A stretch of 64,000 nt of DNA from a virus (IMGVR_UViG_2778261223_000007:12132-76131); one strand, 5' to 3'; positions 26,801-35,308 are shown, numbered from the stretch's first letter. Notes: generated by a model not told the origin, from the letters alone. Numbers and translations are program-made.

Positions 26801-29800
26801 ATCCCGCTACGAGAAAAAACCATCGAGGAGAACTCACAGCAAGCTGTCTTTAATGCTGTGGAAATGGGGCGTCTTGACCTGGCGTCCGGTAAACACCGTG
26901 ATGCGCAGAAGAAGAACAAGATTAAGGATCAGGCCGCGAATACCGGTACAACGAAGAAGCAAAATATCCCGTACTTTGAGGATATGAACTTCGATAGCGT
27001 GATTGCCGACGAGGGGCATAACTACCGCAACTCCTTTAATGCCGGGCGTGAAGCGGGACAACTGGCATATTTGCCTAACCCGGCAGTATCCAAGATGGCC
27101 CGCGACATGGCTGTAAAAGCTGCGTACATGATGAAACGCAACAACGGGCGTGGTGTAGTCATGCTGACGGCAACACCGCTGGTGAACAGTCCGATTGATG
27201 CCTTCAACATGCTGTCTACTGTCATTCCGCAGGAAGAGTGGATGCGTATGGGCATCATTACGCCTGATGATTTCGTTCGTGTGTTTGGCAAAACAGCCAC
27301 AGTTCAGGTCCAGAAAATTTCCGGGGAAGTGGAAGAGAAGCAGGGGCTGGTGGGCTTCCAGAACCTTGACGGCCTGCGTGGTATTTTCCATCGTTGGGCC
27401 ACTCTGAAGACTGCTGCAGATGTCGGAGCGACGGTTAAAATTCCCGACATCATCGAGAACACCTTGCAGATCCCGATGACAGGGGAGCAGGAGACTGCTT
27501 ATGAAGAGCTTCGTAAGCGTGCTCAGGAGTTAAGTCGCAATGATGAGCTGACAGTCGATGAAAACGGGCATATCACTAACGACAAACCGGATGATTTCAT
27601 CTTCTCCATCATCCGTGACATGGATAAGGTTGCTATAGACCCGGATCTGTATGCCAGTGCGATTACATTCCAGTTCCCCGTTGAGCTTGCAGACCAGGTA
27701 AAAGCTATTGCTGATGCCTTGCCAAAAGTAGCTGGCGGTAAAGTGGCAGATGATGTTGATGAGGCCGAGGAAGACGGCGCTGGCGGGCTGGTCAGTACGC
27801 GTACCAGCAAGGTAGTGAAGACCGCTTTTAGTGAACATCCGACGCATGTTGAAATACGTGCCAGCATTGAACTGGAAGCTGAAATACTGAAGGCCATTGC
27901 GGCTGCCGGCATTGATATGCAGCAGGTATCGCACCCCATCCCGCCGAAGTATGCCGCGCTGATCGAAAATCTTCGTGAAGGTCTGAAGAACGGTAAGCAG
28001 ATCGTCTTTATTGATGAAAAAGCCCAGCACCAGAAGCTGCGCCGTATTATCGCCAGTGCACTGCAAATGCCGGAGCAGGAGATTGGCATTATCAATGCGA
28101 CGACAGTTAGCCAGGCTGGTGGCATCAAACTGAAGAAGGTGAATAAGCCGACCGAACCTACTCCAAACAAAAACGGTGAATACAAAGAAGGGGCATGGGA
28201 AACCTACTACAGCAAACTTGCCCAATATGAGGATTATCTCTCCGCTAAAAATGATGCTGGCCTTGAGGGCATGGAAGGTATTGCCGCCGACTATAACGAA
28301 GGTCGCACGCGCATCATAATCTGTAACAAGAAGGCTGAAGTAGGTATTAACCTGCACATCGGGACAACCGATATCCACCACCTGACACTACCCTGGACAC
28401 CAGCCAGTATCGACCAACGAAATGGGCGCGGTGCGCGCGTAGGTTCACCGCAAGAAAAGGTCAATGTTCACTACTATTGTGGCAAAGGCACATTCGATGA
28501 CTTCCGTCTGGATACGCTTAAACGTAAGAAAGACTGGATCAAGATGGTGATGACCTCCGACATGTCAGAGATCGCCAATGGTGATGCGGATGATGCTGAT
28601 GAACGCGCCATTATGCTGGCGGCAAACCCGGAAGAACGCCGCGCAATCATGGCTCGCCAGGCGCAAGAGCGTGAAGAACGTCTGAAACTGAAAGCACAGC
28701 GCGAGGCCAACAATGCTCTCGATATCTACCTGAAAGCGGCAAACGCCGCCGGAAAAGATATCGGCATGATGGAGACAGAACTGAAAAGCGCGATGGAACA
28801 GATAGAGTATTACCAGCGAAATCTTGACGACCTGATAAAAGCGGGTACGAACAGGAATGGGCAAAAATACGCGCTTGAGCAGTTGAGTAGCTACAGAAAA
28901 CGTGCGCGGGTGCTGCGGTTTGCGATCACCAGGGCAAAAGACGCGGATACCATAATGAAACGCTCTCGTGGTGATGTGGAGCGCGCTATTAAGTCTGGTG
29001 TGCTGGATATCAGTATCGATGTTATTCAGAACCCACAGGAATATATGCGCACTGACAAGAATATCCTGTTGCATAAAGGTAGTTATTACCGTGCAGTCAT
29101 TGATGATCGCGAAACAACAGCGATTGTCCGGGTGGAAAAAATTGACGGTGAAAAAGCACAATACCTCTGCCGTATCGCCTGGCTGGATAGAGCAAGTCGT
29201 TACGCTCGAGCACCGGGGTCAATCGTTACATTGCCGTTTGACTCTGTGATTGAAGCGGTAACTTTTGAAGAGGGGGTAGCTGAATCGCGCGCAACGGCTG
29301 CGCGAGGTGTTCAGTGCCACCAGCTATCAACAATACTTACTCGCGATCAGTTCTATGATGCTATTCGCAATGGGGTAATGAATGTTATTGCTGGTAAACC
29401 TGGTAATGCATGGGGCGGTGGGTCAGCTATTAAATACTGGGCATATCGCACAGATGATGGTCAGATCGCGCTGTCATCGGCCTATGATGGCGTGATAGGC
29501 CAAAAAATCGGGCGAGCATCGGATATAGCACCTGAGCGATGGATATATCCTGATGGCAACGACGAGGCGCTGAAGCGTGAAGTGGCAAAAATACAAGCCA
29601 GTGATAACCCGCTGAATATCGTGGACGGCGAGGGATTCCTCCAGGCATTGTATGGGTATGATTACATCCAGGGAATGCAGGCATGGGGCGCACAGGCAAC
29701 GATGGATGATGTTGCCCAGGAGTTCGAAAACTGGATGGCTGGGCGTGGTCTGTCAGGTCGTTCGCTTAATAAAGTCACTTCTGAAGATATTCTTAGCTTG

Positions 29801-30721
29801 TTCCGCAAACCGTCCGGAGAAGGTCTGGAATCATTCTGGAGGACCGTGCTGGCATACCGTTTATTCCAGGGCAGGATGAAAGCCTTTAGCAATATCGATG
29901 ATATTGAACGGATGTTTAATCAGGTCAAGATCGCGAAAATTAAGGCGAAGATCGAAAAAACACGTTCTGCGCTGGTGGCCTGGCGCGATGCATTGTTTGA
30001 GCAATATAAATCACTCAGTGATGCAGATGGATGGGCGGCATTGGAACAGCTGGCGAATAATGGGGTAGATGGAGCGAAACTCGCCATTGTTCAGGCTGAT
30101 AACCCCCTGGAATCACCGGCAGCACAGTGGATTAAGGTGGGGGCTGTCATCAATGCATTTGATGAAAAACACATTAGTAAGGACGATTTTGCTGATGCTG
30201 TTTCTGTTAATCGCCTGGTAGAAATGGCTACCCGCCGCGCCCGTGAGTTGAAAGACGGCGACTATGTGAATGAGTTGCCGGATACGCTCAAATCGGCAAC
30301 GTGGCAGGACTATGTATCGCTGAAAAACGGCGGGGCCACTGAATCAGAGATCGCGGAAAGGCTTGAGCAGGCTGAAAGCAAAAGAGAAGAGCAGGCGGCA
30401 GTGGCTGAAGCCAGAGCTGATGAAGCGGCGAATGATGACTATATCATTGTGGTTAATGATAAGCCGATTCGCGCTAAGGCGCGTGTTCGCGGGCGCTGGT
30501 GGAGCGTCAGCGAGGACGTTGGCGCGGTTTATCTCATTGCCGACCAACCAGGTTCCTCGACAATACGGAACGCCAAAGACGCGATTAAGAAGATTGGCGG
30601 GCGTTTCTGGAATTTTGAAGCAAACCCGGTTGCTGATGTGAACTTTGACCGTCCTGCATGGATGGTATCTACGCGTTACTCGGTAGATGAACTGCGTAAA
30701 ATAATCGCCGATGCGGCCTAA
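23885..30721 (+). CDS. darB: DarB antirestriction protein (N6-adenine methyltransferase fused to an SNF2/DEAD helicase)
   Basis: 2278 aa, TTG start after GAGGGGG. Motifs: VLEPSAGTGIF and GNVPFG (methyltransferase I/IV), GFGTGLGKTTT (Walker A), ADEGHNYRN (DEAH-like), QRNGRGARVGS (helicase motif VI). Confidence 0.9.
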   Translation: MDKLLHSISEASSLGELIEIVSRLHKLRAVATFGVRKADGVSIQKTRRAANNAAVNLLNSLPPGFDGAKLTDEQRQILAGYTGEGGLTDGEGSQYEYYTPQFMAEGIWDLFADYGIDGGHVLEPSAGTGIFQETKRQGMIMTSAELSPISGRINQLLHPEDDVNIGAFEALAAKDAMYDHAVGNVPFGEGRSGVAGLDPAYANEKNVGNYFVLRTIDKVKPGGLIVLVVPNGMTDGTKYKKLRDKVSRKAEFLGAHRMPSGTFSESGTDTVVDVWVLRKHPETFLEMIPDTDDSTLKSANVLWDTFLKGKWFTTEGKRFVYGDMERASFRNTLVVKKDGRVSNESMKTALSRRFDSRINWDLLGVTTQAWQGAKVGDKRLVGGIWHEFDGLKWVKDTTTKSSALDVSRYGVSTFGDLQIAFQSTNGILALSWDQISAIASDYPSVVSDEVAAMIRFAGKQREKDRERVMRGALIGQLINKALDLRNLGVNVDDKLADASRLAAAEVAKYGPPHAIKLNGLAEAGAKNWMTFTGNVKQDGSTSDLLAGRLDVTDGAAGIDFTRPEQVIAHLFSDVALNPITLGDFREAFAGELPEDDDAALEYLAKFDDIAIDGYGCLLPMDRATSGDVATKTALLVGWRDASTGEQKANFERQLAKIEEKRIFTPLNKVTVNLNARWLDRRLIKEFLAEQGYDEFKYTEPDLKVVDGILVSPDDYEGKDGVFTGYQLRTVNGKNGNEFKKANNKDGFLNQLENYLNGVKPRGQNANEYLDKIAQLEVSFNDWLRTHPQADQIARDYNDAFNGFIPFTHSDAPLGLEGISGKRIPLTYQNEEVRRLSEDGRGIMGFGTGLGKTTTALALEAYNFETGRTKRTCIVVPKAVYQNWYHEAQSFYSADAFANMMFIGLDEVRDDSGNILTAPVLDENGEPRLDSNGQPLTRNVVKESSSAVIVQRMNMIPSSNWRTVIMTKEQFASIPLREKTIEENSQQAVFNAVEMGRLDLASGKHRDAQKKNKIKDQAANTGTTKKQNIPYFEDMNFDSVIADEGHNYRNSFNAGREAGQLAYLPNPAVSKMARDMAVKAAYMMKRNNGRGVVMLTATPLVNSPIDAFNMLSTVIPQEEWMRMGIITPDDFVRVFGKTATVQVQKISGEVEEKQGLVGFQNLDGLRGIFHRWATLKTAADVGATVKIPDIIENTLQIPMTGEQETAYEELRKRAQELSRNDELTVDENGHITNDKPDDFIFSIIRDMDKVAIDPDLYASAITFQFPVELADQVKAIADALPKVAGGKVADDVDEAEEDGAGGLVSTRTSKVVKTAFSEHPTHVEIRASIELEAEILKAIAAAGIDMQQVSHPIPPKYAALIENLREGLKNGKQIVFIDEKAQHQKLRRIIASALQMPEQEIGIINATTVSQAGGIKLKKVNKPTEPTPNKNGEYKEGAWETYYSKLAQYEDYLSAKNDAGLEGMEGIAADYNEGRTRIIICNKKAEVGINLHIGTTDIHHLTLPWTPASIDQRNGRGARVGSPQEKVNVHYYCGKGTFDDFRLDTLKRKKDWIKMVMTSDMSEIANGDADDADERAIMLAANPEERRAIMARQAQEREERLKLKAQREANNALDIYLKAANAAGKDIGMMETELKSAMEQIEYYQRNLDDLIKAGTNRNGQKYALEQLSSYRKRARVLRFAITRAKDADTIMKRSRGDVERAIKSGVLDISIDVIQNPQEYMRTDKNILLHKGSYYRAVIDDRETTAIVRVEKIDGEKAQYLCRIAWLDRASRYARAPGSIVTLPFDSVIEAVTFEEGVAESRATAARGVQCHQLSTILTRDQFYDAIRNGVMNVIAGKPGNAWGGGSAIKYWAYRTDDGQIALSSAYDGVIGQKIGRASDIAPERWIYPDGNDEALKREVAKIQASDNPLNIVDGEGFLQALYGYDYIQGMQAWGAQATMDDVAQEFENWMAGRGLSGRSLNKVTSEDILSLFRKPSGEGLESFWRTVLAYRLFQGRMKAFSNIDDIERMFNQVKIAKIKAKIEKTRSALVAWRDALFEQYKSLSDADGWAALEQLANNGVDGAKLAIVQADNPLESPAAQWIKVGAVINAFDEKHISKDDFADAVSVNRLVEMATRRARELKDGDYVNELPDTLKSATWQDYVSLKNGGATESEIAERLEQAESKREEQAAVAEARADEAANDDYIIVVNDKPIRAKARVRGRWWSVSEDVGAVYLIADQPGSSTIRNAKDAIKKIGGRFWNFEANPVADVNFDRPAWMVSTRYSVDELRKIIADAA

Positions 30722-30757
30722 CAGATAAGGAGCGGCCCCAACTGGGGCCGAATTTGA

Positions 30758-31192
30758 ATGACGACATTAATTGACACTGTAAAACCGACGGAATCCTACC
30801 TTGAGGACATTTTGCCGCAGGCGCTCAATGGCAGGAGTGAAGAGGCGTTTCTGGATGCATATCTGAATGGCATGGTGGAAAGGCTGAAACGAGATCCACA
30901 GCTTTATCACCTTTATGGGCCGTGGTGGCCTGCGCTTAAAACGTTATTGCTGGAGCGCGGCGACATATCATTTGGACAAGTGGTAGATAGTGATGTGGCA
31001 GAGATCTACAAAATGAGTCGCCCGGCGCTTACGGTTTTGGCTGGGCATCTGTATTCGAGCGATCGCCTGGAAAATGACGCGGTATACAATCCTGTTCATG
31101 CTCTGGAAGTCGCACCTTATGCCGATGATACAGAGCCATACGTGTACACAAGTTACGACGAGTCTATAGAGAAATATCGAATTATGGGGTAG
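30758..31192 (+). CDS. ulx: Ulx-position protein (Dar-system accessory?)
   Basis: 144 aa directly downstream of darB, as ulx is in P1. Positional call only. Confidence 0.35.
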   Translation: MTTLIDTVKPTESYLEDILPQALNGRSEEAFLDAYLNGMVERLKRDPQLYHLYGPWWPALKTLLLERGDISFGQVVDSDVAEIYKMSRPALTVLAGHLYSSDRLENDAVYNPVHALEVAPYADDTEPYVYTSYDESIEKYRIMG

Positions 31193-31194
31193 CC

Positions 31195-31455
31195 ATGCGA
31201 AAGAATCGTAGGTTTACGGTCGAAGACCTAAAGGAATATTCCATATCGAAGGGGTATATCCTTGAGTTCCACCGATACAAGAAGGTTTTTACGCTGCGAA
31301 AAGCAGAAAACCCTGCGAACTGGAGCTGGATATACTTTCCTCACACCGATGATAAGTTGGTAGAACTTGTTGATGATTTAACCTATGAAGGTTGGTTGAT
31401 CGCAATCGACAAGACAATCAAAGAATTATCCGAACAGGATAAAATAACCCTTTAA
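31195..31455 (+). CDS. small protein at the Lxc/Bof position
   Basis: 86 aa following the ulx-like gene. Positional call only. Confidence 0.3.
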   Translation: MRKNRRFTVEDLKEYSISKGYILEFHRYKKVFTLRKAENPANWSWIYFPHTDDKLVELVDDLTYEGWLIAIDKTIKELSEQDKITL

Positions 31456-31575
31456 AAATAACAGGTTGGGTAAATGCCATGCGATTTACCCTCCTTGTTG
31501 ATTAAGGTCGCTCTTTACTCTAAAAGCAAATCCGACCTGTTGCATATAGACCATCCTTGAGTAGTATCTCTCTTG

Positions 31576-31644
31576 TTTTACAAATCTAACGTTGTTGTTA
31601 TTATTTCGCATATTTACTATCAATTGGTGTGTTAGAAAAATAGC
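31576..31644 (+). promoter_or_regulatory. promoter TTGTTG-17 nt-TACTAT (31591-31619) flanked by two operator-like sites
   Basis: Left site is degenerate (AAATCTAACGT, 31576-92). Right site has the exact core on the minus strand (TGTGTTAGAAAAATAGC, 31628-44). Confidence 0.5.
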
Positions 31645-32086
31645 GCGAAAGAGAAGGCGTCGCAGTGAATATTCTGAAACATCCCCACATGCCGCAGCTC
31701 TTAGAGAACTGGAGAAAAACCCAGATCTAATCAAAAGGAACCATGAGCATTACGAGCAGGTTCGCGTCCTGGACTGGATGTATCGCAATATGCGTTATGT
31801 GTATGAGCATACTCACGCCACTCCAAACGGTGGCCTGCGAGGCATAAGGACGGCAATAAAAATGGTGGCAGAGGGCCAAAAGAAGGGATATCCCGATCTT
31901 TCTATAGACCTTGCTTGTGGGGGATACCACGGAATGCGCATTGAGATGAAACATGGGAGAAATCGCCTGACTCCCGAACAACTCGTCTGGATGACTCGCC
32001 TCACAGAAGCCGGTTACTACTGCTTTGAGGCGCGCAGTGCCGCTGAAGCCATAAAAGCTATCACGGAGTATGTTTGTCTTGATTAA
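31592..32086 (+). CDS. VRR-NUC family nuclease (start codon uncertain)
   Basis: HEHYEQVRVLDW..THATPNGG..KGYPDLSI..GMRIEMK..LTPEQLVW matches the PD-(D/E)xK VRR-NUC pattern. The ORF-track TTG start lies inside the predicted promoter, and the first in-frame ATG (31778) would clip helix 1. Confidence 0.65.
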   Translation: MLLLFRIFTINWCVRKIARKRRRRSEYSETSPHAAALRELEKNPDLIKRNHEHYEQVRVLDWMYRNMRYVYEHTHATPNGGLRGIRTAIKMVAEGQKKGYPDLSIDLACGGYHGMRIEMKHGRNRLTPEQLVWMTRLTEAGYYCFEARSAAEAIKAITEYVCLD

Positions 32087-32100
32087 ACGGAGAAATCGTT

Positions 32101-32301
32101 TTGCGTTTACATAACGTGGCAGAACTTATCCCTGCAGGAACTAATGCTATCGCTCGTCGTCGCTCATGGCAGCAGGCTCTATGTATTGAGATCTCGAAAC
32201 GTATCAATGGAAGTTTTGAAGCTCGCAATATTGTTACTGGCGATAAGGTTCACATAACCCCGGAAAGTGCAAGCGCTGATGATTGGGAGTTTGTACATTG
32301 A
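32101..32301 (+). CDS. short DUF2829-like protein
   Basis: 66 aa, TTG start 8 nt after ACGGAG. IARRRSW...SADDWEFV. Confidence 0.45.
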   Translation: MRLHNVAELIPAGTNAIARRRSWQQALCIEISKRINGSFEARNIVTGDKVHITPESASADDWEFVH

Positions 32302-32597
32302 GCAAAAAATATTATGTGAGTCTGGCGTTCGCTGACGATGCGGGGAGGACGCGGAGTATCACGTTGAGCACACCGGTTCAGGCTGTGACAGCGCCGTTAA
32401 TCCGTGAAGCTCTCAGAGAGCTGGAATTGGGTGAAAACTCGGCACTGTTGTCGGTTAGTTGGTTAGGGAAAATGTCAGAGAAACAATACGTGGATGGAGT
32501 TACCCCAATAACAGTAATGAGGCTACTTTCATTGCTGCAATGGGCCATCGTACCTGTATTTATCGCGTATCTTATTTATCAGGCTGCAACACAGTAA
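32298..32597 (+). CDS. C-terminally membrane-anchored small protein
   Basis: TTG 32298 overlaps the upstream stop (the ORF track starts at 32283). C-terminal TM helix LLSLLQWAIVPVFIAYLIY. Confidence 0.4.
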   Translation: MSKKYYVSLAFADDAGRTRSITLSTPVQAVTAPLIREALRELELGENSALLSVSWLGKMSEKQYVDGVTPITVMRLLSLLQWAIVPVFIAYLIYQAATQ

Positions 32598-32604
32598 TTG
32601 CATA

Positions 32605-32630
32605 AAAACCCGCCAATTAGCGGGTTTTTT
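32605..32630 (+). terminator. intrinsic terminator
   Basis: AAAACCCGC-CAATTA-GCGGGTTTT within a T6 run. Confidence 0.85.
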
Positions 32631-32670
32631 GTTTATTGCATCTTCCGATACCGTCATCAAACTAATAAAA

Positions 32671-32688
32671 TATGTTAGAAAACTAATT
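32671..32688 (-). promoter_or_regulatory. operator-like site TATGTTAGAAAACTAATT
   Basis: Exact core, 23 nt upstream of ATG 32711. Confidence 0.6.
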
Positions 32689-32710
32689 TAACAAAGTGAC
32701 GGGAACAGCA

Positions 32711-33919
32711 ATGAGTCAACACACTGATACTTCTAATCTGGAAATTATCTCGACAGCAATTGAAACGCTGCGCACACAAATCGCTCTTATACAGAAACGG
32801 AATCCTGGTGATGACCTGTCAAAGCGACTGCACGAGAGTGTCATTGCCACTACAGATAACCTGGTGGCGGAAATCAACAAGCTGCTTGATGATGGGGCAG
32901 TTGATTACAATAAGCTGGTGGATCAGTTTGAGGAATACCAACAAGCCGTTAATGATGGCTTGATCCGTTTTTCACAAGTCACAGGCGTATCAGCGACAGT
33001 TGAAAGCCTGGGTGATGCAGTTAATCAATTTGCCACGAATATGCGTAATGAGATCGGCAATCTGGAAGCGCGTCTTGAACAGGCAAATACACTGCGTAAA
33101 TCTGCTGAAGCCGATTTGAACCGTTACAAAAAAGACTATCCGCCCACCCTGACAAAGCGGCTGGATGTTGCGGAGAAGGATAACCGCACGCTGAAAAGAG
33201 AGCGCCGGGAACTAAAAGAGCGTTTAACCAAGCTCAATCAGCAATGCATTGATTATCAAGGCGAAGGCGTCACACTGCGTAAAAAGTTGGCTACAGCGCA
33301 GAGCATTATCGAAACATTAAAGCGAGAGTGCTCACAGCTTGGTCACGATCTGAACCGTGCTTGTGGCATGGGACAAAGACCAGAGACATTTCCACTTATG
33401 TATGACGGAAGGGATGCCATTGCCTACATCCATGAGTATCCGCACGGCCTGGTTGCGGAAACTGGGCAGCGTGGCGAAGCACTGCTGACGGCTAATTACC
33501 ATCAACAAATCAGAACCAATCGCCTGTTAACGATGGATGTGATCCCATCGGTATGGGGAACGCCGCTTTACTATCGCCTGCCGGGCTTCGAAAAGGACTG
33601 GAATACCGACATAGACGAATGTCTCGCAGATAAAATTATGGCGTACCTGGAGACGGATTTTCCGCGCTTATATCGCCGGATTATGGACTCAAAGGATGCG
33701 CCAATCGATGAATTAAAAATGCGTCCGGAGACGCTGGAGGCAATCAAGCAGACGGAGTTTGATACTGTATTCAGTGTGGCCTGCATTCCAAGCTGTTTCC
33801 ATGAAAGCATTCCGTTCATGCAAGGAGATCGTCGTCAGGAAATCATTGACGCTTGCCGGGTATGGGCGAACGAATGGGATAAGAAGAATGGGGGTGTAGA
33901 AGATCTTTACGGGAAGTAA
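32711..33919 (+). CDS. coiled-coil protein of unknown function, monocistronic and operator-flanked
   Basis: 402 aa from ATG 32711 (the ORF track uses GTG 32696). N-terminal ~230 aa are heptad-rich; the Cys-containing C-terminal domain has no motif I recognise. Confidence 0.6.
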   Translation: MSQHTDTSNLEIISTAIETLRTQIALIQKRNPGDDLSKRLHESVIATTDNLVAEINKLLDDGAVDYNKLVDQFEEYQQAVNDGLIRFSQVTGVSATVESLGDAVNQFATNMRNEIGNLEARLEQANTLRKSAEADLNRYKKDYPPTLTKRLDVAEKDNRTLKRERRELKERLTKLNQQCIDYQGEGVTLRKKLATAQSIIETLKRECSQLGHDLNRACGMGQRPETFPLMYDGRDAIAYIHEYPHGLVAETGQRGEALLTANYHQQIRTNRLLTMDVIPSVWGTPLYYRLPGFEKDWNTDIDECLADKIMAYLETDFPRLYRRIMDSKDAPIDELKMRPETLEAIKQTEFDTVFSVACIPSCFHESIPFMQGDRRQEIIDACRVWANEWDKKNGGVEDLYGK

Positions 33920-33920
33920 T

Positions 33921-33938
33921 GTGTTAGAAATCTAAAAT
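33921..33938 (-). promoter_or_regulatory. operator-like site GTGTTAGAAATCTAAAAT
   Basis: Exact core immediately after the stop of the 402-aa gene and upstream of the promoter at 33954. Confidence 0.6.
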
Positions 33939-33953
33939 CACAATTCGAATGTG

Positions 33954-33982
33954 TTGATTGTGAAGGTAACTTAACATAGAAT
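33954..33982 (+). promoter_or_regulatory. sigma70-type promoter TTGATT-17 nt-TAGAAT
   Basis: Near-consensus hexamers with ideal spacing; no ORF follows. Confidence 0.55.
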
Positions 33983-33988
33983 TTTCCT

Positions 33989-34693
33989 TGCTGGTGGGCG
34001 GTACCCACGTTTCGCTTGCTGGGCTTGATAGTCACTTATTGGTTATTGTTCGCCCACCAGCATTTAACAAATTAAAGCGTTAGAAAAGTATAGTAACGCA
34101 AGAGCACGCTTTGGCACTGTGCAGGCAAAAGTTCAGCAGGTTTAGTGCGGAAAGTGGTTTCAGAGAGAGCACTTTGCGGAGTAAACGACAATACATGTTG
34201 AGCCACGGAAGGTCTTTTTAAGGTGTTCATTGATGATGGTCCGGCAGAGAGTAACGGTACATGCTGCATCTAATCATCAATGCACATCTTCAACATTAAG
34301 GAGGCATAGGGATTTTTGTGGCGGTTACCTTTTGCCCTGAGTCTCCTTAATGTTGCAGTAATGCACCTATGCGGATGTGGCCTTGCATTGTGTCTTGAAA
34401 GAATGGGGTAAGGCCGGGGATATCCCCAGGGGGAGGCACTCCCGCTGCAACGAACAGCCACAGACGGCAGTCGAGTGATGGGAACGTGAAAAGACTTTAA
34501 ACCTCGTTATGGCTGGCGTGGCAAACGCGACAACCGAGACAGAGCGGTGACGGGCGGAGAGAGTGCCGCATCAAGAAAGAAGCCGACTTGTGATCCCTTT
34601 CAGCGGGCATTTGAAAGTGAATCCAACTCAGGCAGTCGGCTTCTTTCTTGTGTGAGATGTAGCGTATTTGCCCATCTTCGGGTGGGCTTTTTT
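33989..34693 (+). ncRNA. candidate ~0.7-kb structured non-coding transcript
   Basis: Promoter-to-terminator unit without a credible ORF. Perfect stems of 10, 10, 13 and 16 bp (see findings). Confidence 0.35.
34670..34693 (+). terminator. intrinsic terminator
   Basis: GCCCATC-TTCG-GGTGGGC followed by T6. Confidence 0.8.
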
Positions 34694-34867
34694 AGGGTTT
34701 TCGTCATGGTTAGCGACTTTGCGGCGGTTTAGAAACCGACCATTAAAGTAAATGCAAACGATGATCTGATGATGGTAGCGGCCTAAGAAGCCAGACGCCA
34801 CGGGGTATGAGTCGTCCCCCGTCAAAAAATCGACCGCAGAGTGTCCCCGTCTGTGTATTAGGGAACG

Positions 34868-34964
34868 GGGAGGCATAACAGGCAAGGGCGCTGGTGTGAT
34901 TAACCAGATGAATGAGAAGGGTCAGGTCTTTCTGGTCAGCGCCCTTACCTGTTACGTCCCTCCC
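34868..34964 (+). other. long hairpin A of the CAYAACAGG family
   Basis: AACAGGCAAGGGCGCTG (34877-93) pairs with CAGCGCCCTTACCTGTT (34937-53); extended by GGGAGG/CCTCCC. Confidence 0.6.
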
Positions 34965-35153
34965 GCGTAACAGCCATTGCTTAATGGCATCCTGGGGGAA
35001 TTTCTTGTAACGGGTATATCCCGTCATGCTGAAGGCGCTAATCACGCTGGAAGCCAGGGTTGTGCATCCCCTGTTACCGAATTGCAGCCAGGGCGCGGTG
35101 CGCCGAAAAGCATACGGAGGTGGAAGCCCTCGCCGGAGACGTACCCGGCAAGT

Positions 35154-35229
35154 GATGGTGTAGCTCAGCGGTTAGAGCGGTTGACTGTTAATCAACGGGT
35201 CGATGGTTCAAATCCATCCACCATCGCCA
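35154..35229 (+). tRNA. tRNA-Asn (GUU)
   Basis: Manual cloverleaf: acceptor GATGGTG/CACCATC, D stem GCTC/GAGC, anticodon loop CTGTTAA, T arm GATGG-TTCAAAT-CCATC, encoded CCA. Confidence 0.9.
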
Positions 35230-35231
35230 AT

Positions 35232-35307
35232 GCCGGTTTAGCTCAGTTGGTAGAGCGCCTGCCTTGTAAGCAGGATGTCAGCGGTTCGAGTCCGTTAATC
35301 GGCACCA
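35232..35307 (+). tRNA. tRNA-Thr (UGU)
   Basis: Acceptor GCCGGTT/AATCGGC, anticodon loop CTTGTAA, T loop TTCGAGT, encoded CCA. Starts 2 nt after tRNA-Asn. Confidence 0.9.
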
Positions 35308-35308
35308 G

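Noticed and set aside
24189-30641. Many antisense or off-frame ORFs within darB (for example 25207-25776, 27523-28185, 27530-28381, 28565-29161)
   Set aside because: darB is a continuous 2278-codon ORF with methyltransferase and helicase motifs in order. Long shadow ORFs are expected in a gene this size.
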